The position numbers and the translations under genes are program-made. From the NCBI GenBank assembly GCA_051011415.1, contig JBPCTY010000123.1:10750-74749 (forward strand): a stretch of 64,000 nt of DNA, read 5' to 3'. Numbering within the stretch: position 1 is the stretch's first letter; each line of letters starts with the position of its first letter. Positions 47,307 to 56,308 of this stretch are shown one piece after another. Below the pieces are notes generated by a model that was given only the letters and a program-made list of their open reading frames with translations, made no database searches and had not been told where the DNA came from. The DNA is from Acidimicrobiia bacterium. Its GTDB lineage: Bacteria > Actinomycetota > Acidimicrobiia > Spongiisociales > UBA5794.

Positions 47307-48650
47307 TTACCTCTTCTTGGATTGCCGTGCCATGCCTGGTAGCTCGAGTCCAGGGATGGGACTCTTGCCGCCTGCCATGGCCTTCATCATCTTCTGTGCT
47401 TGCGAGAACTGTTTGAGAACGCCGTTGACGTCCTGTGGCCTTGTTCCCGACCCGGCGGCGATACGGCGCCGTCGGCTGCCATTGATCATCTTCGGGTTCT
47501 TGCGTTCATCGGGGGTCATGGACCGGATGATCGCTTCCACGCGGCCGAGTTGTTTCTCGTCCACTTGAACATTCTGCAGGGCGGAGCCTGCGCCGGGGAG
47601 CATACCAACGAGCTGCTGCAATGGCCCCATCTTCTTGATCTGCTGGAACTGCTCGAGGAAATCTTCAAGATCGAAAGAGGCGTCCATCATCTTCTTGGCA
47701 GCACGCTCTGCCTCGTCCTCGTCGTACGCCTCCTCGGCCTTCTCGATGAGCGAGAGGACGTCGCCCATGCCGAGAATCCGGTCCGCCATCCGATCCGGGT
47801 AGAACGTGTCGAGGTCGCCGATCGTCTCGCCTGTTCCGACAAACTTGACCGGAACGCCAGTGACCTCTCGTGCCGAGATCGCTGCACCACCGCGGGCATC
47901 ACCATCAATCTTGGTCATGATCAGACCGGTGAGCTCCGTGTACTCGGAGAAGCCCAGCGCCACGTTGACTGCTTCCTGACCGGTCATCGCATCAACAACC
48001 AAGAGGGTTTCGTCGGGGCTTGCGATCTTTCGAACCGTTCCGAGCTCCTTCATGAGATCGTTGTCGATCTGGAGGCGGCCAGCGGTATCGATGATGACGA
48101 CGTTCGCAGACTCGGTTCTGGCTGCCTTGAGCCCGGCTTTCACAACCTTGGTGGGTTTCGACGAACGCTCGGCATACACCGGAACATCGATCTTCTTCCC
48201 AAGCGTCTCGAGCTGCTCGATGGCCGCCGGACGCTGGAGATCGGCAGCGACAAGCATCGGTCGCTTGCCCTTCCCCTTGAGATGGTGTGCGAGCTTGGCT
48301 GCCGTCGTCGTTTTTCCTGAACCCTGAAGACCAACAACCATGATCACGAGAGGTGGCGCTGCCGGCCGAACCAGAGGAGCAGCTTCTTCACCGAGTGTGA
48401 CGATCATCTCCTCGTGGACGATCTTGATGACCTGCTGGCCAGGGGTGAGGCTCTTCGTGACCTCGACTCCAACGGCTCGCTCACGAACCCTGGCAAGGAA
48501 GGACTTGACCACGGGGAGGCTGACATCGGCTTCGAGCAGGGCAAGCCGAACCTCTCGAAGCGCGCTGTCTACGTCTTCCTCTGAGAGGCGGCCCTTGCTG
48601 CGGAGGCGATCAAACACGCCACCGAGACTGTTGGAAAGACTGTCGAACAT
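47307..48650 (-). CDS. ffh: signal recognition particle protein Ffh
   Basis: ORF trimmed to ATG 48650 (MFDSLSNSLGGVFDRLR). Carries GLQGSGKTTT, DTAGRL and TKIDGDARGG, plus a Met-rich M domain. Confidence 0.96.
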   Translation of the reverse strand: MFDSLSNSLGGVFDRLRSKGRLSEEDVDSALREVRLALLEADVSLPVVKSFLARVRERAVGVEVTKSLTPGQQVIKIVHEEMIVTLGEEAAPLVRPAAPPLVIMVVGLQGSGKTTTAAKLAHHLKGKGKRPMLVAADLQRPAAIEQLETLGKKIDVPVYAERSSKPTKVVKAGLKAARTESANVVIIDTAGRLQIDNDLMKELGTVRKIASPDETLLVVDAMTGQEAVNVALGFSEYTELTGLIMTKIDGDARGGAAISAREVTGVPVKFVGTGETIGDLDTFYPDRMADRILGMGDVLSLIEKAEEAYDEDEAERAAKKMMDASFDLEDFLEQFQQIKKMGPLQQLVGMLPGAGSALQNVQVDEKQLGRVEAIIRSMTPDERKNPKMINGSRRRRIAAGSGTRPQDVNGVLKQFSQAQKMMKAMAGGKSPIPGLELPGMARQSKKR

Positions 48651-48660
48651 CGCCTGGAGT

Positions 48661-49911
48661 CTACGGCGACTTTGCCTCGACACCTCGTGGAGGCACCCAC
48701 GACCCCATCCGAGAAACAAGCAGAATGAATGCGAGAAGCAACGCGAGAGGCGCAATGCTCAGCGCACGCCCCCACGCATCCATCTGCACATCGATCAGGA
48801 CCACGCCGACGCTCAACACCGAGCCGAGCGCAGCACACCAACCAACGATGGTCGCAGTGCGCAGAAGTCCGAGTCCGACGAGGAGTGCGGCCGCGATCAG
48901 CAGGAGCATCCAGTCGTAGGCCAGCGCCCGGGGAGCGATGAGGAGCGACGCCACAATCGCCAGGGCAGACGCCATCCGAACATCTCCGTTCGTCTGGCGT
49001 ATGCCGATGATCAGCACCGAGATCACGCCAACAATCGCCAGGCCGGCAAGGCTCGCGACCAGCCGTACGTCGTCGCCGGCGAGCAGACGGACCGCGCTCA
49101 CCAGGCTCACTTCACGCTCAGGTATCACCAGATCGTCCCCCGTCGTGAGCATTTCGAAGAATTCTGGCCACACGCCTGGTAGCCAGAGAGCTGCCAACGC
49201 CGCCAATACGACCGTCCCAGTTGCGGCCCAGACCACGACCTTCCAACGCGTTCTGAGCTCAATCAACCACCACACGACAAATCCAAGAAGCAGATGGGGT
49301 TTGAAAGCAAGCAACGCAAAGGCGCTTCCCGCCAATGGTGCGGGGCCTCGCAGCAACGCTATGACGGCGCACGCGAGGAGTGCGGCCATCAGAAAGCTGT
49401 TCTGCCCGTAGAAGATGGTCAATGCGCCGGCCAGGGTGAGCAAGCTTCCAACGACCCAGCGATCGGCAAGCGCCAGATCGAGCGCTCTGACCCCGAACCA
49501 AAGGGCCACAATGCCCGCCACAGCCCACAATGGCCACAGGACTGAGAACGGAATCCATGAGATCGGGATCATCGCAATGGCGTACCACGGTGGGTTGACG
49601 AACCGAGAGGCACCCGAGTCGACATACACAGGATGATCCTGGTTGTAGAGGTTCTCAGCGTCTCTGTCGAGAGCCAACTCGCCTGCTCCGGTGAATGCCC
49701 TGAGATCCGTGCCATAGCTCAAGTCACGCACTGGCTCACCAACCGACGATGTGTACGAAACCACGAGCGCAGGAAGCAGGGCTACGACCCCAATCGCAAG
49801 CATGACCGCAACGGAAACAAACACGGCGGCACCGTGTGCGGTCATACGACCCCAAAGGCTGGTCCGGGCTGGCGATGAGGGTTCTTGTGGCGTCATGCGG
49901 GGACCACTCAA
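48661..49911 (-). CDS. polytopic membrane protein, GT87/DUF2029-like glycosyltransferase candidate
   Basis: 416 aa with about 10 or more TM helices. Carries FVNPPWYAIAMIP and GQNSFLMAALLA motifs reminiscent of DUF2029 mannosyltransferase-like proteins. Assignment is by eye only. Confidence 0.45.
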   Translation of the reverse strand: MSGPRMTPQEPSSPARTSLWGRMTAHGAAVFVSVAVMLAIGVVALLPALVVSYTSSVGEPVRDLSYGTDLRAFTGAGELALDRDAENLYNQDHPVYVDSGASRFVNPPWYAIAMIPISWIPFSVLWPLWAVAGIVALWFGVRALDLALADRWVVGSLLTLAGALTIFYGQNSFLMAALLACAVIALLRGPAPLAGSAFALLAFKPHLLLGFVVWWLIELRTRWKVVVWAATGTVVLAALAALWLPGVWPEFFEMLTTGDDLVIPEREVSLVSAVRLLAGDDVRLVASLAGLAIVGVISVLIIGIRQTNGDVRMASALAIVASLLIAPRALAYDWMLLLIAAALLVGLGLLRTATIVGWCAALGSVLSVGVVLIDVQMDAWGRALSIAPLALLLAFILLVSRMGSWVPPRGVEAKSP

Positions 49912-49982
49912 CCAGACCCCATCCGGACAGCAGCGGCAATCGAAGACATGAACGCCCGGACCCTGCCTGATAGCCTGATCAC

Positions 49983-50600
49983 ATGAACCTCACAGTGATC
50001 GACCACCCACTTGCTCGCCACTACATGAGCGTCTTGCGCAACAAGACAACAGAACCCCAGCAGTTCCGAGCGGCCGCAAAAGGCTTGACGTACACCCTGG
50101 TGATGGAAGCGACCAAACGCCTCCCGCTTGAGGAGTATCAGATCGAAACGCCGCTCGAACCCACGACGGGGTATCGCGTTGACAATGTCGTTGCTGTTCC
50201 CGTGCTTCGGGCGGGGCTTGGCATGCTGCAGGGTGTCCTCGACACCATCCCGAACGTGAAGGTCGGATTCGCTGGTGTCGCACGTGACGAAGAAACGGCT
50301 CTACCGCAGGAGTACTACGCAAAACTCCCCGATCTCTCAGACGCCTCTGTGCTGATCTGTGAACCGATGCTCGCAACCGGAGGTTCACTCTCCTGGGCGG
50401 CTGACAAGGTCAAGTCGTCAGGAGCGACCTCGATCACCGCACTATGCGTCGTGACCGCCCCCGAAGGCGTACGTCGAATGTATGAGGACCACCCTGATGT
50501 GCGCATCGTCGCTGCTGCGCACGACCGAGAACTCAACGACCAGTTCTACATCGTGCCAGGACTTGGCGACATGGGCGATCGGCTGTTCGGCACACTGTGA
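49983..50600 (+). CDS. upp: uracil phosphoribosyltransferase
   Basis: 205 aa. Starts VIDHPLARHYMSVLRNK, with PRPP motif VLICEPMLATGGS and the C-terminal YIVPGLGDMGDRLFGT. Confidence 0.95.
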   Translation: MNLTVIDHPLARHYMSVLRNKTTEPQQFRAAAKGLTYTLVMEATKRLPLEEYQIETPLEPTTGYRVDNVVAVPVLRAGLGMLQGVLDTIPNVKVGFAGVARDEETALPQEYYAKLPDLSDASVLICEPMLATGGSLSWAADKVKSSGATSITALCVVTAPEGVRRMYEDHPDVRIVAAAHDRELNDQFYIVPGLGDMGDRLFGTL

Positions 50601-50896
50601 TGAGCACTGCGCAGCAATCTTCGGGCGACTTCGAGTCGGCTGTCCGCGCGACAATTCTGCAGATCCCAAAAGGCGACGTCTCCACCTACGGCGAGGTTGC
50701 AGCGGAGTCGGGGTTTCCGGGTGCGGCCCGCGCTGTCGGAAACGTCTTGCGAACCACGGACGGGCTTCCATGGTGGCGTGTTGTCGCATCCTCGGGCCGG
50801 CTCGTGCCCGGACTCGAAGCGGAACACAGTCAGTATCTCCGCAGCGAAGGAGTCAGAGTCGTCAATGGCCGCGTCCAGAGGGGTACCAGCCCATGA
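50597..50896 (+). CDS. atl: alkyltransferase-like (ATL) protein: MGMT DNA-binding domain without catalytic Cys
   Basis: 99 aa. Carries IPKGDVSTYGEVAAESGFPGAARAVGNVL, and LPWWRVV replaces the MGMT PCHRV motif. The start is GTG 50597 or ATG 50600, overlapping the upp stop, and the stop overlaps the deoA ATG. Confidence 0.8.
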   Translation: MMSTAQQSSGDFESAVRATILQIPKGDVSTYGEVAAESGFPGAARAVGNVLRTTDGLPWWRVVASSGRLVPGLEAEHSQYLRSEGVRVVNGRVQRGTSP

Positions 50897-52200
50897 GCTT
50901 TTCCGTGGTCGAATTGATTCGTCTGAAACGAGATGGCGACGCACTTCCTCCTGAGGCAGTGAAGTGGATCATCAGTGAGTACACGGCGAGCCGCATACCC
51001 GACTATCAGATTTCAGCGTTGCTGATGGCCATTCTGTTCAACGGGATGGAGCACTCCGAGCTCGGTCGCTGGACTGACGCCATGCTCCACTCGGGCGAAA
51101 CCCTCGACCTGAGCAGCGTGCCTCTCCCAAAGGTTGACAAGCACTCGACCGGCGGGGTCGGTGACAAGATATCCATCCCCCTTGCGCCGGTTGTCGCTGC
51201 ATGTGGTCTCGCTGTTCCAATGATTTCAGGCAGAGGCCTGGGCCACACAGGGGGGACGCTTGACAAGCTCGAAGCCATCCCAGGCTTCTCAACCGAGATC
51301 GCACCCCATGAGTTCCCAGCACAGCTCAACGACATCGGCGTCGTCATGGCCGGACAGACGGCGACACTGGTCCCCGCAGATCAGCGCCTCTACGCGCTGC
51401 GTGATGCCACGGGCACGGTTCCGTCTGTGCCGCTGATCTCTTCGTCAATCATGTCCAAGAAGCTTGCTGAGGACCTCGATGGGCTGCTTCTCGATGTGAA
51501 GGTCGGTAGTGGAGCGTTCATGAAGACAAGCGAAGAGGCCACCCATCTTGCAAAGATGATGGTCGGAATCGGTCGAGGTCGCGGAACGCCTGTGACTGCG
51601 GTCTTGACCGACATGTCCCAACCTCTGGGCCGAGCCGTCGGAAACGCAAATGAGATCACAGAGTCCGTCGCCACTCTGCGTGGGGAAGGCCCTGAGGACG
51701 TTCGAGAACTGACGCTTCGGTTCGCGGCAGAAATGATCATGTTGTCCGGCGACGCCAATCCTGAAGATGCACGCACATTGGCCGAACAAGCCGTCAGCTC
51801 TGGTGCAGCGCTCGAGCATTTCGTTCGCTTGGTTGAGCGTCAGGGCGGTGATCCCAGCTTCGTCGACGATGCATCGGTTCTCGAGTCGGCACCAAACGAA
51901 TATGTTGTCGAAACGGACCGCACTGGGTACTTGGCACGATGCGATGCGCTCTCAATTGGGAACGCAGCCGTTCGCCTCGGAGCGGGTAGGGCCACAAAAG
52001 AGTCCGAAATCGATTCAAGCGTCGGCATCATGCTCGAGGCAAAGGTTGGAGATCAAGTGGTCGCAGGAGAGCCACTCGCTCGGATCTCATATCGAGACGA
52101 AACATCGCTTGACAGCGCACTCGGTGCTCTGAGAGAGGCATGGGAGATCACCGAGGAAGAACCTGCAACCCCCGATCTGGTTATAGGAGCGATCGTATGA
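50893..52200 (+). CDS. deoA: thymidine/pyrimidine-nucleoside phosphorylase
   Basis: ORF 50482..52200 trimmed to ATG 50893 (MSFSVVELIRLKRDG). Carries VDKHSTGGVGDK and SGRGLGHTGGTLDKLE. Confidence 0.93.
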   Translation: MSFSVVELIRLKRDGDALPPEAVKWIISEYTASRIPDYQISALLMAILFNGMEHSELGRWTDAMLHSGETLDLSSVPLPKVDKHSTGGVGDKISIPLAPVVAACGLAVPMISGRGLGHTGGTLDKLEAIPGFSTEIAPHEFPAQLNDIGVVMAGQTATLVPADQRLYALRDATGTVPSVPLISSSIMSKKLAEDLDGLLLDVKVGSGAFMKTSEEATHLAKMMVGIGRGRGTPVTAVLTDMSQPLGRAVGNANEITESVATLRGEGPEDVRELTLRFAAEMIMLSGDANPEDARTLAEQAVSSGAALEHFVRLVERQGGDPSFVDDASVLESAPNEYVVETDRTGYLARCDALSIGNAAVRLGAGRATKESEIDSSVGIMLEAKVGDQVVAGEPLARISYRDETSLDSALGALREAWEITEEEPATPDLVIGAIV

Positions 52201-53027
52201 GCTACCACACCATCAGCGCGGCCGCCGCAGTCATCGCGGCACGAACGCAGCGCGAGCATCACGATGCAGCCGTTGTCCTCGGATCAGGTTTGAGCGACTA
52301 TGCCGCATCGTTGCCTGGGGCCATCGAAATGGAATACGAATCGATCCCCGGGATCCCTGTTCCCAAAGTCGTTGGTCATTCCGGCTCACTGTTCTCGGTT
52401 CCAATCAACGGAAAGTCGTTCCTCATCTTTGCCGGTCGTGTACACGCATACGAAGGCTGGGAGATGTCAGAAGTCGTCGCTGGTGTCCGCACCGCAGTCG
52501 CGTGCGGCGCTGCGCGTGTGTTGCTCACGAACGCGGCCGGAGGTGTGAATCCTGCCTACGCACCGGGGGACCTCGTCATGATCTCTGATCACCTCAACCT
52601 CGCCGGCCGCAACCCGCTTGTCGGCCAGAACGACGATCGGCTCGGCCCACGTTTCCCTGACATGTCCGAGGTGTACTCGGGCGCTATGCGGTTCGACATC
52701 AGCGCCGTATTCCGCAACAACGACCTCCCCGTCCACGAGGGTGTGTATGCGTGGTTCTCCGGCCCCACGTACGAAACACCGGCCGAGGTCCAAATGGCGA
52801 AGACACTCGGCGCCGATCTCGTCGGCATGTCGACGGTTCCCGAAGCGATCGCGGCTCGCCACATGGGCGCACAGGTCGCGGGAATCTCGCTGGTCACCAA
52901 TCTGGCCGCTGGCATCTCTGATCAGCCGCTCTCGCATGATGACGTCACTGAGACAGCAGCACTCGCAAGGGTCAAGTTCTCGACCGTGCTTGATGAGTAT
53001 CTGCCGCGAATGGCTCGCGACGTCTGA
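52197..53027 (+). CDS. punA: purine nucleoside phosphorylase (PunA type)
   Basis: ATG 52197 forms an ATGA overlap with the deoA stop. Carries VGHSGSLF, AGRVHAYEGW, GPTYETPAE and GMSTVPE. Confidence 0.9.
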   Translation: MSYHTISAAAAVIAARTQREHHDAAVVLGSGLSDYAASLPGAIEMEYESIPGIPVPKVVGHSGSLFSVPINGKSFLIFAGRVHAYEGWEMSEVVAGVRTAVACGAARVLLTNAAGGVNPAYAPGDLVMISDHLNLAGRNPLVGQNDDRLGPRFPDMSEVYSGAMRFDISAVFRNNDLPVHEGVYAWFSGPTYETPAEVQMAKTLGADLVGMSTVPEAIAARHMGAQVAGISLVTNLAAGISDQPLSHDDVTETAALARVKFSTVLDEYLPRMARDV

Positions 53028-53123
53028 CCAAGCACTCGCAGTGCTCTCACGCTGCCCTTTTTGAGTGCCTGCTCAAAGTCCGTACCATTCCGATCACAGC
53101 ATTCCCGAAGGAGCTACAACGCC

Positions 53124-53882
53124 ATGAATATTGCGGTCTGCGTCAAGCAGATTCCTGACCCAGCGACTCCTTACGAGCTCGACGGAGAAACGCACTGGGT
53201 CGTGCGCCCCGAAGACCAGGTCCTGGATGACACCGACCGGTATGGCATCGAGGTTGCACTCCAACTCGCCGAGAACAACGAGGGCACAGTCACGCTCTTC
53301 TCCATGTCCCCGTCCGGGACTCTGCAGGGCGTTCGTCAGGCACTCGCCATGGGTCCCGACAAGGCAGTTCTCATCGACGACTCGTCTCTCAAGGGATCAG
53401 ATGCCCTGGTGACCGCAACAGTTCTGGCTGCTGCCATCGAGCGCGAAGGGTTTGACCTCGTGATCGCAGGCACCGAGTCGACAGACGGCTACTCGGGCGT
53501 CGTTCCACAAATGATGTCTGAGATTCTCGACGTGCCATGCCTCAGCTTCGCCCGCAAAGTCGAAAGCGATGGTGCAACGGTCACGATCGAGCGCCAGACA
53601 TCAAGCGGCTACGACGTCGTATCGGCTGACCTTCCCGCCCTCCTCGCAGTAACGGCTGGTGTGGTCGAGCCCCGATACCCCACCTTCAAGGGAATCATGC
53701 AGGCCAAGTCGAAGCCGGTCGACACAATCACTGCCGCCGACCTCGGGGTCGACGCCTCAGTCAGTCAGGCGGTCGCAAACGTCGAGACGGTTCCCGCACG
53801 GGACGCAGGGAACATCGTCGAGGACGAGGGTGAGGCCTACGCAGAAATCGTTTCGCTCCTCGAAGAAGTGAAGGTGATCTGA
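53124..53882 (+). CDS. etfB: electron transfer flavoprotein beta subunit
   Basis: ORF trimmed to ATG 53124, behind GAAGGAG. Starts [13 protein letters not shown] and carries [17 protein letters not shown]. Confidence 0.92.
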   Translation: MNIAVCVKQIPDPATPYELDGETHWVVRPEDQVLDDTDRYGIEVALQLAENNEGTVTLFSMSPSGTLQGVRQALAMGPDKAVLIDDSSLKGSDALVTATVLAAAIEREGFDLVIAGTESTDGYSGVVPQMMSEILDVPCLSFARKVESDGATVTIERQTSSGYDVVSADLPALLAVTAGVVEPRYPTFKGIMQAKSKPVDTITAADLGVDASVSQAVANVETVPARDAGNIVEDEGEAYAEIVSLLEEVKVI

Positions 53883-54832
53883 TGAACGTCTGGGTATTTG
53901 CAGAAGAATCCACCGGTGCACCCTCCGAGGGCTCTCTTGAGCTTGTGAGCAAGGGACGGACACTCGGCGACGTGAGCGTTGTCTATCTGGGCGCAGCGTC
54001 AGACGAGTCGTATGCCACGCTCGGCGAGTACGGCGCAGCAGCAGTGCACCACATCGACGCCGGCGACACCCTTCCTTCAGCGGGAGTCGCAGCCGCAATG
54101 GCACAGCTCATCGATCCCCAGGGCGACGACCTGGTTCTGTTCGGATCTGGGAACAACGACAGGGATGTCGCGGGCAGGCTCGCCGTTCGGCTGACACGAC
54201 CAGTGATCTCCAATGCACTCGACGTGACCACCGAAGACGGGATTTCCGTGTCGTCAGAGATCCTTGGCGGGACCCTCGGCGTCTCCACGACACCGACCGG
54301 ACCCGGTCCGACCATCGTTGTGACACGACCCAAGGCATTCGCTGCCGAGAGCATCGGCGGCCCCGCTCCTTCTGTGTCGAACAATCCCATGCCTGACACC
54401 GGCCGTTCGGGTGGGGCACACATCGTCGAGCGACATGAAGAGGTGTCCGACGGACCTGACCTCGAGGCCGCAGGCGTCGTCGTCAGCGGCGGTCGAGGTC
54501 TCGGCGGACCGGAGCATTTCGCAATGATGGACGAGCTTGCGGGACTCCTCGGCGGCGCCGTCGGTGGAACCAGAGCCGTCGTCGACGCTGGGTGGGTCCC
54601 GTACTCCTACCAGGTCGGCCAGACAGGAAAGACCGTCAAGCCCGACGTCTACATCGCATGCGGCATCTCCGGTGCCATGCAGCACGTTGTTGGAATGAAG
54701 GGCTCGACAACCATCATCGCCATCAACAAAGACGCGGAGGCACCGATCTTTGGGATCGCTGATCTTGGCATCGTCGGCGATGTGCACAAGGTCGTGCCCC
54801 AGCTAATCGAGGCACTCAAAGCCAGGGGCTGA
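53882..54832 (+). CDS. etfA: electron transfer flavoprotein alpha subunit
   Basis: 316 aa. Carries the C-terminal FAD motif [29 protein letters not shown]. Its start overlaps the etfB stop. Confidence 0.93.
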   Translation: MNVWVFAEESTGAPSEGSLELVSKGRTLGDVSVVYLGAASDESYATLGEYGAAAVHHIDAGDTLPSAGVAAAMAQLIDPQGDDLVLFGSGNNDRDVAGRLAVRLTRPVISNALDVTTEDGISVSSEILGGTLGVSTTPTGPGPTIVVTRPKAFAAESIGGPAPSVSNNPMPDTGRSGGAHIVERHEEVSDGPDLEAAGVVVSGGRGLGGPEHFAMMDELAGLLGGAVGGTRAVVDAGWVPYSYQVGQTGKTVKPDVYIACGISGAMQHVVGMKGSTTIIAINKDAEAPIFGIADLGIVGDVHKVVPQLIEALKARG

Positions 54833-54851
54833 GGATCAGCGCCGAGCGAAC

Positions 54852-55250
54852 CTACTTGAGGAACTCCGGCCCGAACGACTCGGGAAGCAGATCGGCAAGT
54901 GCCATGGTGACCGGCATTCCGTTGCCGCCGCGCATAACCACCGTTTGCACCCCGAACTCTCTCATCACCTGCCGGCAATTGCCGCAAGGGGTGCACGCAT
55001 CGCCATCGAGGCACACAACAGCAACCGTGTCAATCGACGTCGCACCGGCCGCGATCGCCGACGTGATCGCGTTCGTTTCGGCACAGACGGATGCGCCATA
55101 TGCGGCGTTTTCGATATTCGCACCAGTGACTACCACGCCATCGCCCGTGACCACGGCTGCCCCCACGCGGTACTTTGAATACGGCGAATACGACGCCTGC
55201 GCTGCGGCCACAGCCATCTCCAGAAGCTCGGAGTGATTCAACGACGTCAT
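54852..55250 (-). CDS. cdd: cytidine deaminase
   Basis: 132 aa. Carries the zinc motifs CAETNAI and [11 protein letters not shown]. Confidence 0.93.
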   Translation of the reverse strand: MTSLNHSELLEMAVAAAQASYSPYSKYRVGAAVVTGDGVVVTGANIENAAYGASVCAETNAITSAIAAGATSIDTVAVVCLDGDACTPCGNCRQVMREFGVQTVVMRGGNGMPVTMALADLLPESFGPEFLK

Positions 55251-56278
55251 GGCGCCACGAGCGCATCGACGAACGCTGCCGGCTCAAACGGAATCAAGTC
55301 GTCCATTCCCTCTCCAACACCGATCATCTTGACCGGCACATCCAGATCCTGCTCGATCGCGATGACGACGCCGCCACGCGCTGTGCCGTCCAACTTTGTG
55401 AGAACGACACCGGTGACTCCCACCGCTTCAGTGAAGGCGTGGGCCTGGGTAAGTCCATTCTGGCCAACCGTCCCGTCGAGAACGAGCAACACTTCGTCGA
55501 TCTCGCCGCCTTCGCGTGTCAGGACTCGGACGATCTTTGAAAGCTCATCCATCAAGTTCGATTGGGAGTGCAGCCTTCCCGCGGTATCAACGATGACGAC
55601 ATCCGCCGACGATGCGACTGCCTGCTGATAAGCCTCATACGCAACCGAGGCAGGGTCTGCTCCCTGCGAACCGCGCACGACCGGCACACCCACCCTGTCC
55701 CCCCACGTCTTGAGCTGAGTATCTGCGGCGGCCCGGAATGTGTCAGCAGCGCCGAGTACAACCGACTGGCCATCGTCGGTCAGGTACTTGGCAATCTTTG
55801 CGATCGATGTCGTCTTTCCGGTTCCGTTGACACCCACAACGATCACCACGCTCGGCTGGGAAGAGACGGACAGCGCACGGTCGTCCCTGTCAAGAATCGA
55901 CTCAAGCTGCGCAATCAGCTCATTGCGAGCTTCTTCCGGTGTCTCCGGCTTTGCTTTGCGGACCGCTGCCACAACCGATTCGGCCGTTGTGGGCCCGACA
56001 TCCGCCGCGATGAGAGCGTCCTCGAGATCGGTCCAGGTCTCATCTGACAGGGTGCTTGACGAGAACACACTCTGAAGCGACGAAGCGAACGCCGAACGAG
56101 ACCGAGACAGGCGACTTCGGAGCCCAGCAGGAGCGGCTTGTTCGGTGGCCGTTTGCTCTTGGTCCGACACAGGCACACGGGTGGTCGGCGTTCGAGGCTT
56201 TGGTCGCAACGCAAACCACGCAACGACAAGAATGACGACGACCGCAAGGACCGCAAGACCAATGACAACTGGATCCAC
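55247..56278 (-). CDS. ftsY: signal recognition particle receptor FtsY
   Basis: 343 aa. Has an N-terminal TM helix and then the NG domain (GVNGTGKTT, DTAGRL, TKLDGTARGG). Confidence 0.95.
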   Translation of the reverse strand: MDPVVIGLAVLAVVVILVVAWFALRPKPRTPTTRVPVSDQEQTATEQAAPAGLRSRLSRSRSAFASSLQSVFSSSTLSDETWTDLEDALIAADVGPTTAESVVAAVRKAKPETPEEARNELIAQLESILDRDDRALSVSSQPSVVIVVGVNGTGKTTSIAKIAKYLTDDGQSVVLGAADTFRAAADTQLKTWGDRVGVPVVRGSQGADPASVAYEAYQQAVASSADVVIVDTAGRLHSQSNLMDELSKIVRVLTREGGEIDEVLLVLDGTVGQNGLTQAHAFTEAVGVTGVVLTKLDGTARGGVVIAIEQDLDVPVKMIGVGEGMDDLIPFEPAAFVDALVAP

Positions 56279-56308
56279 AACAACTCCTAGGAACTGATTG
56301 CTCGCCAG

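Noticed and set aside
53031-53062. Possible terminator after punA (agcact-cgc-agtgct, then a T-run)
   Set aside because: The stem is only 6 bp and the T-run lies 12 nt away, so it is not a convincing intrinsic terminator.
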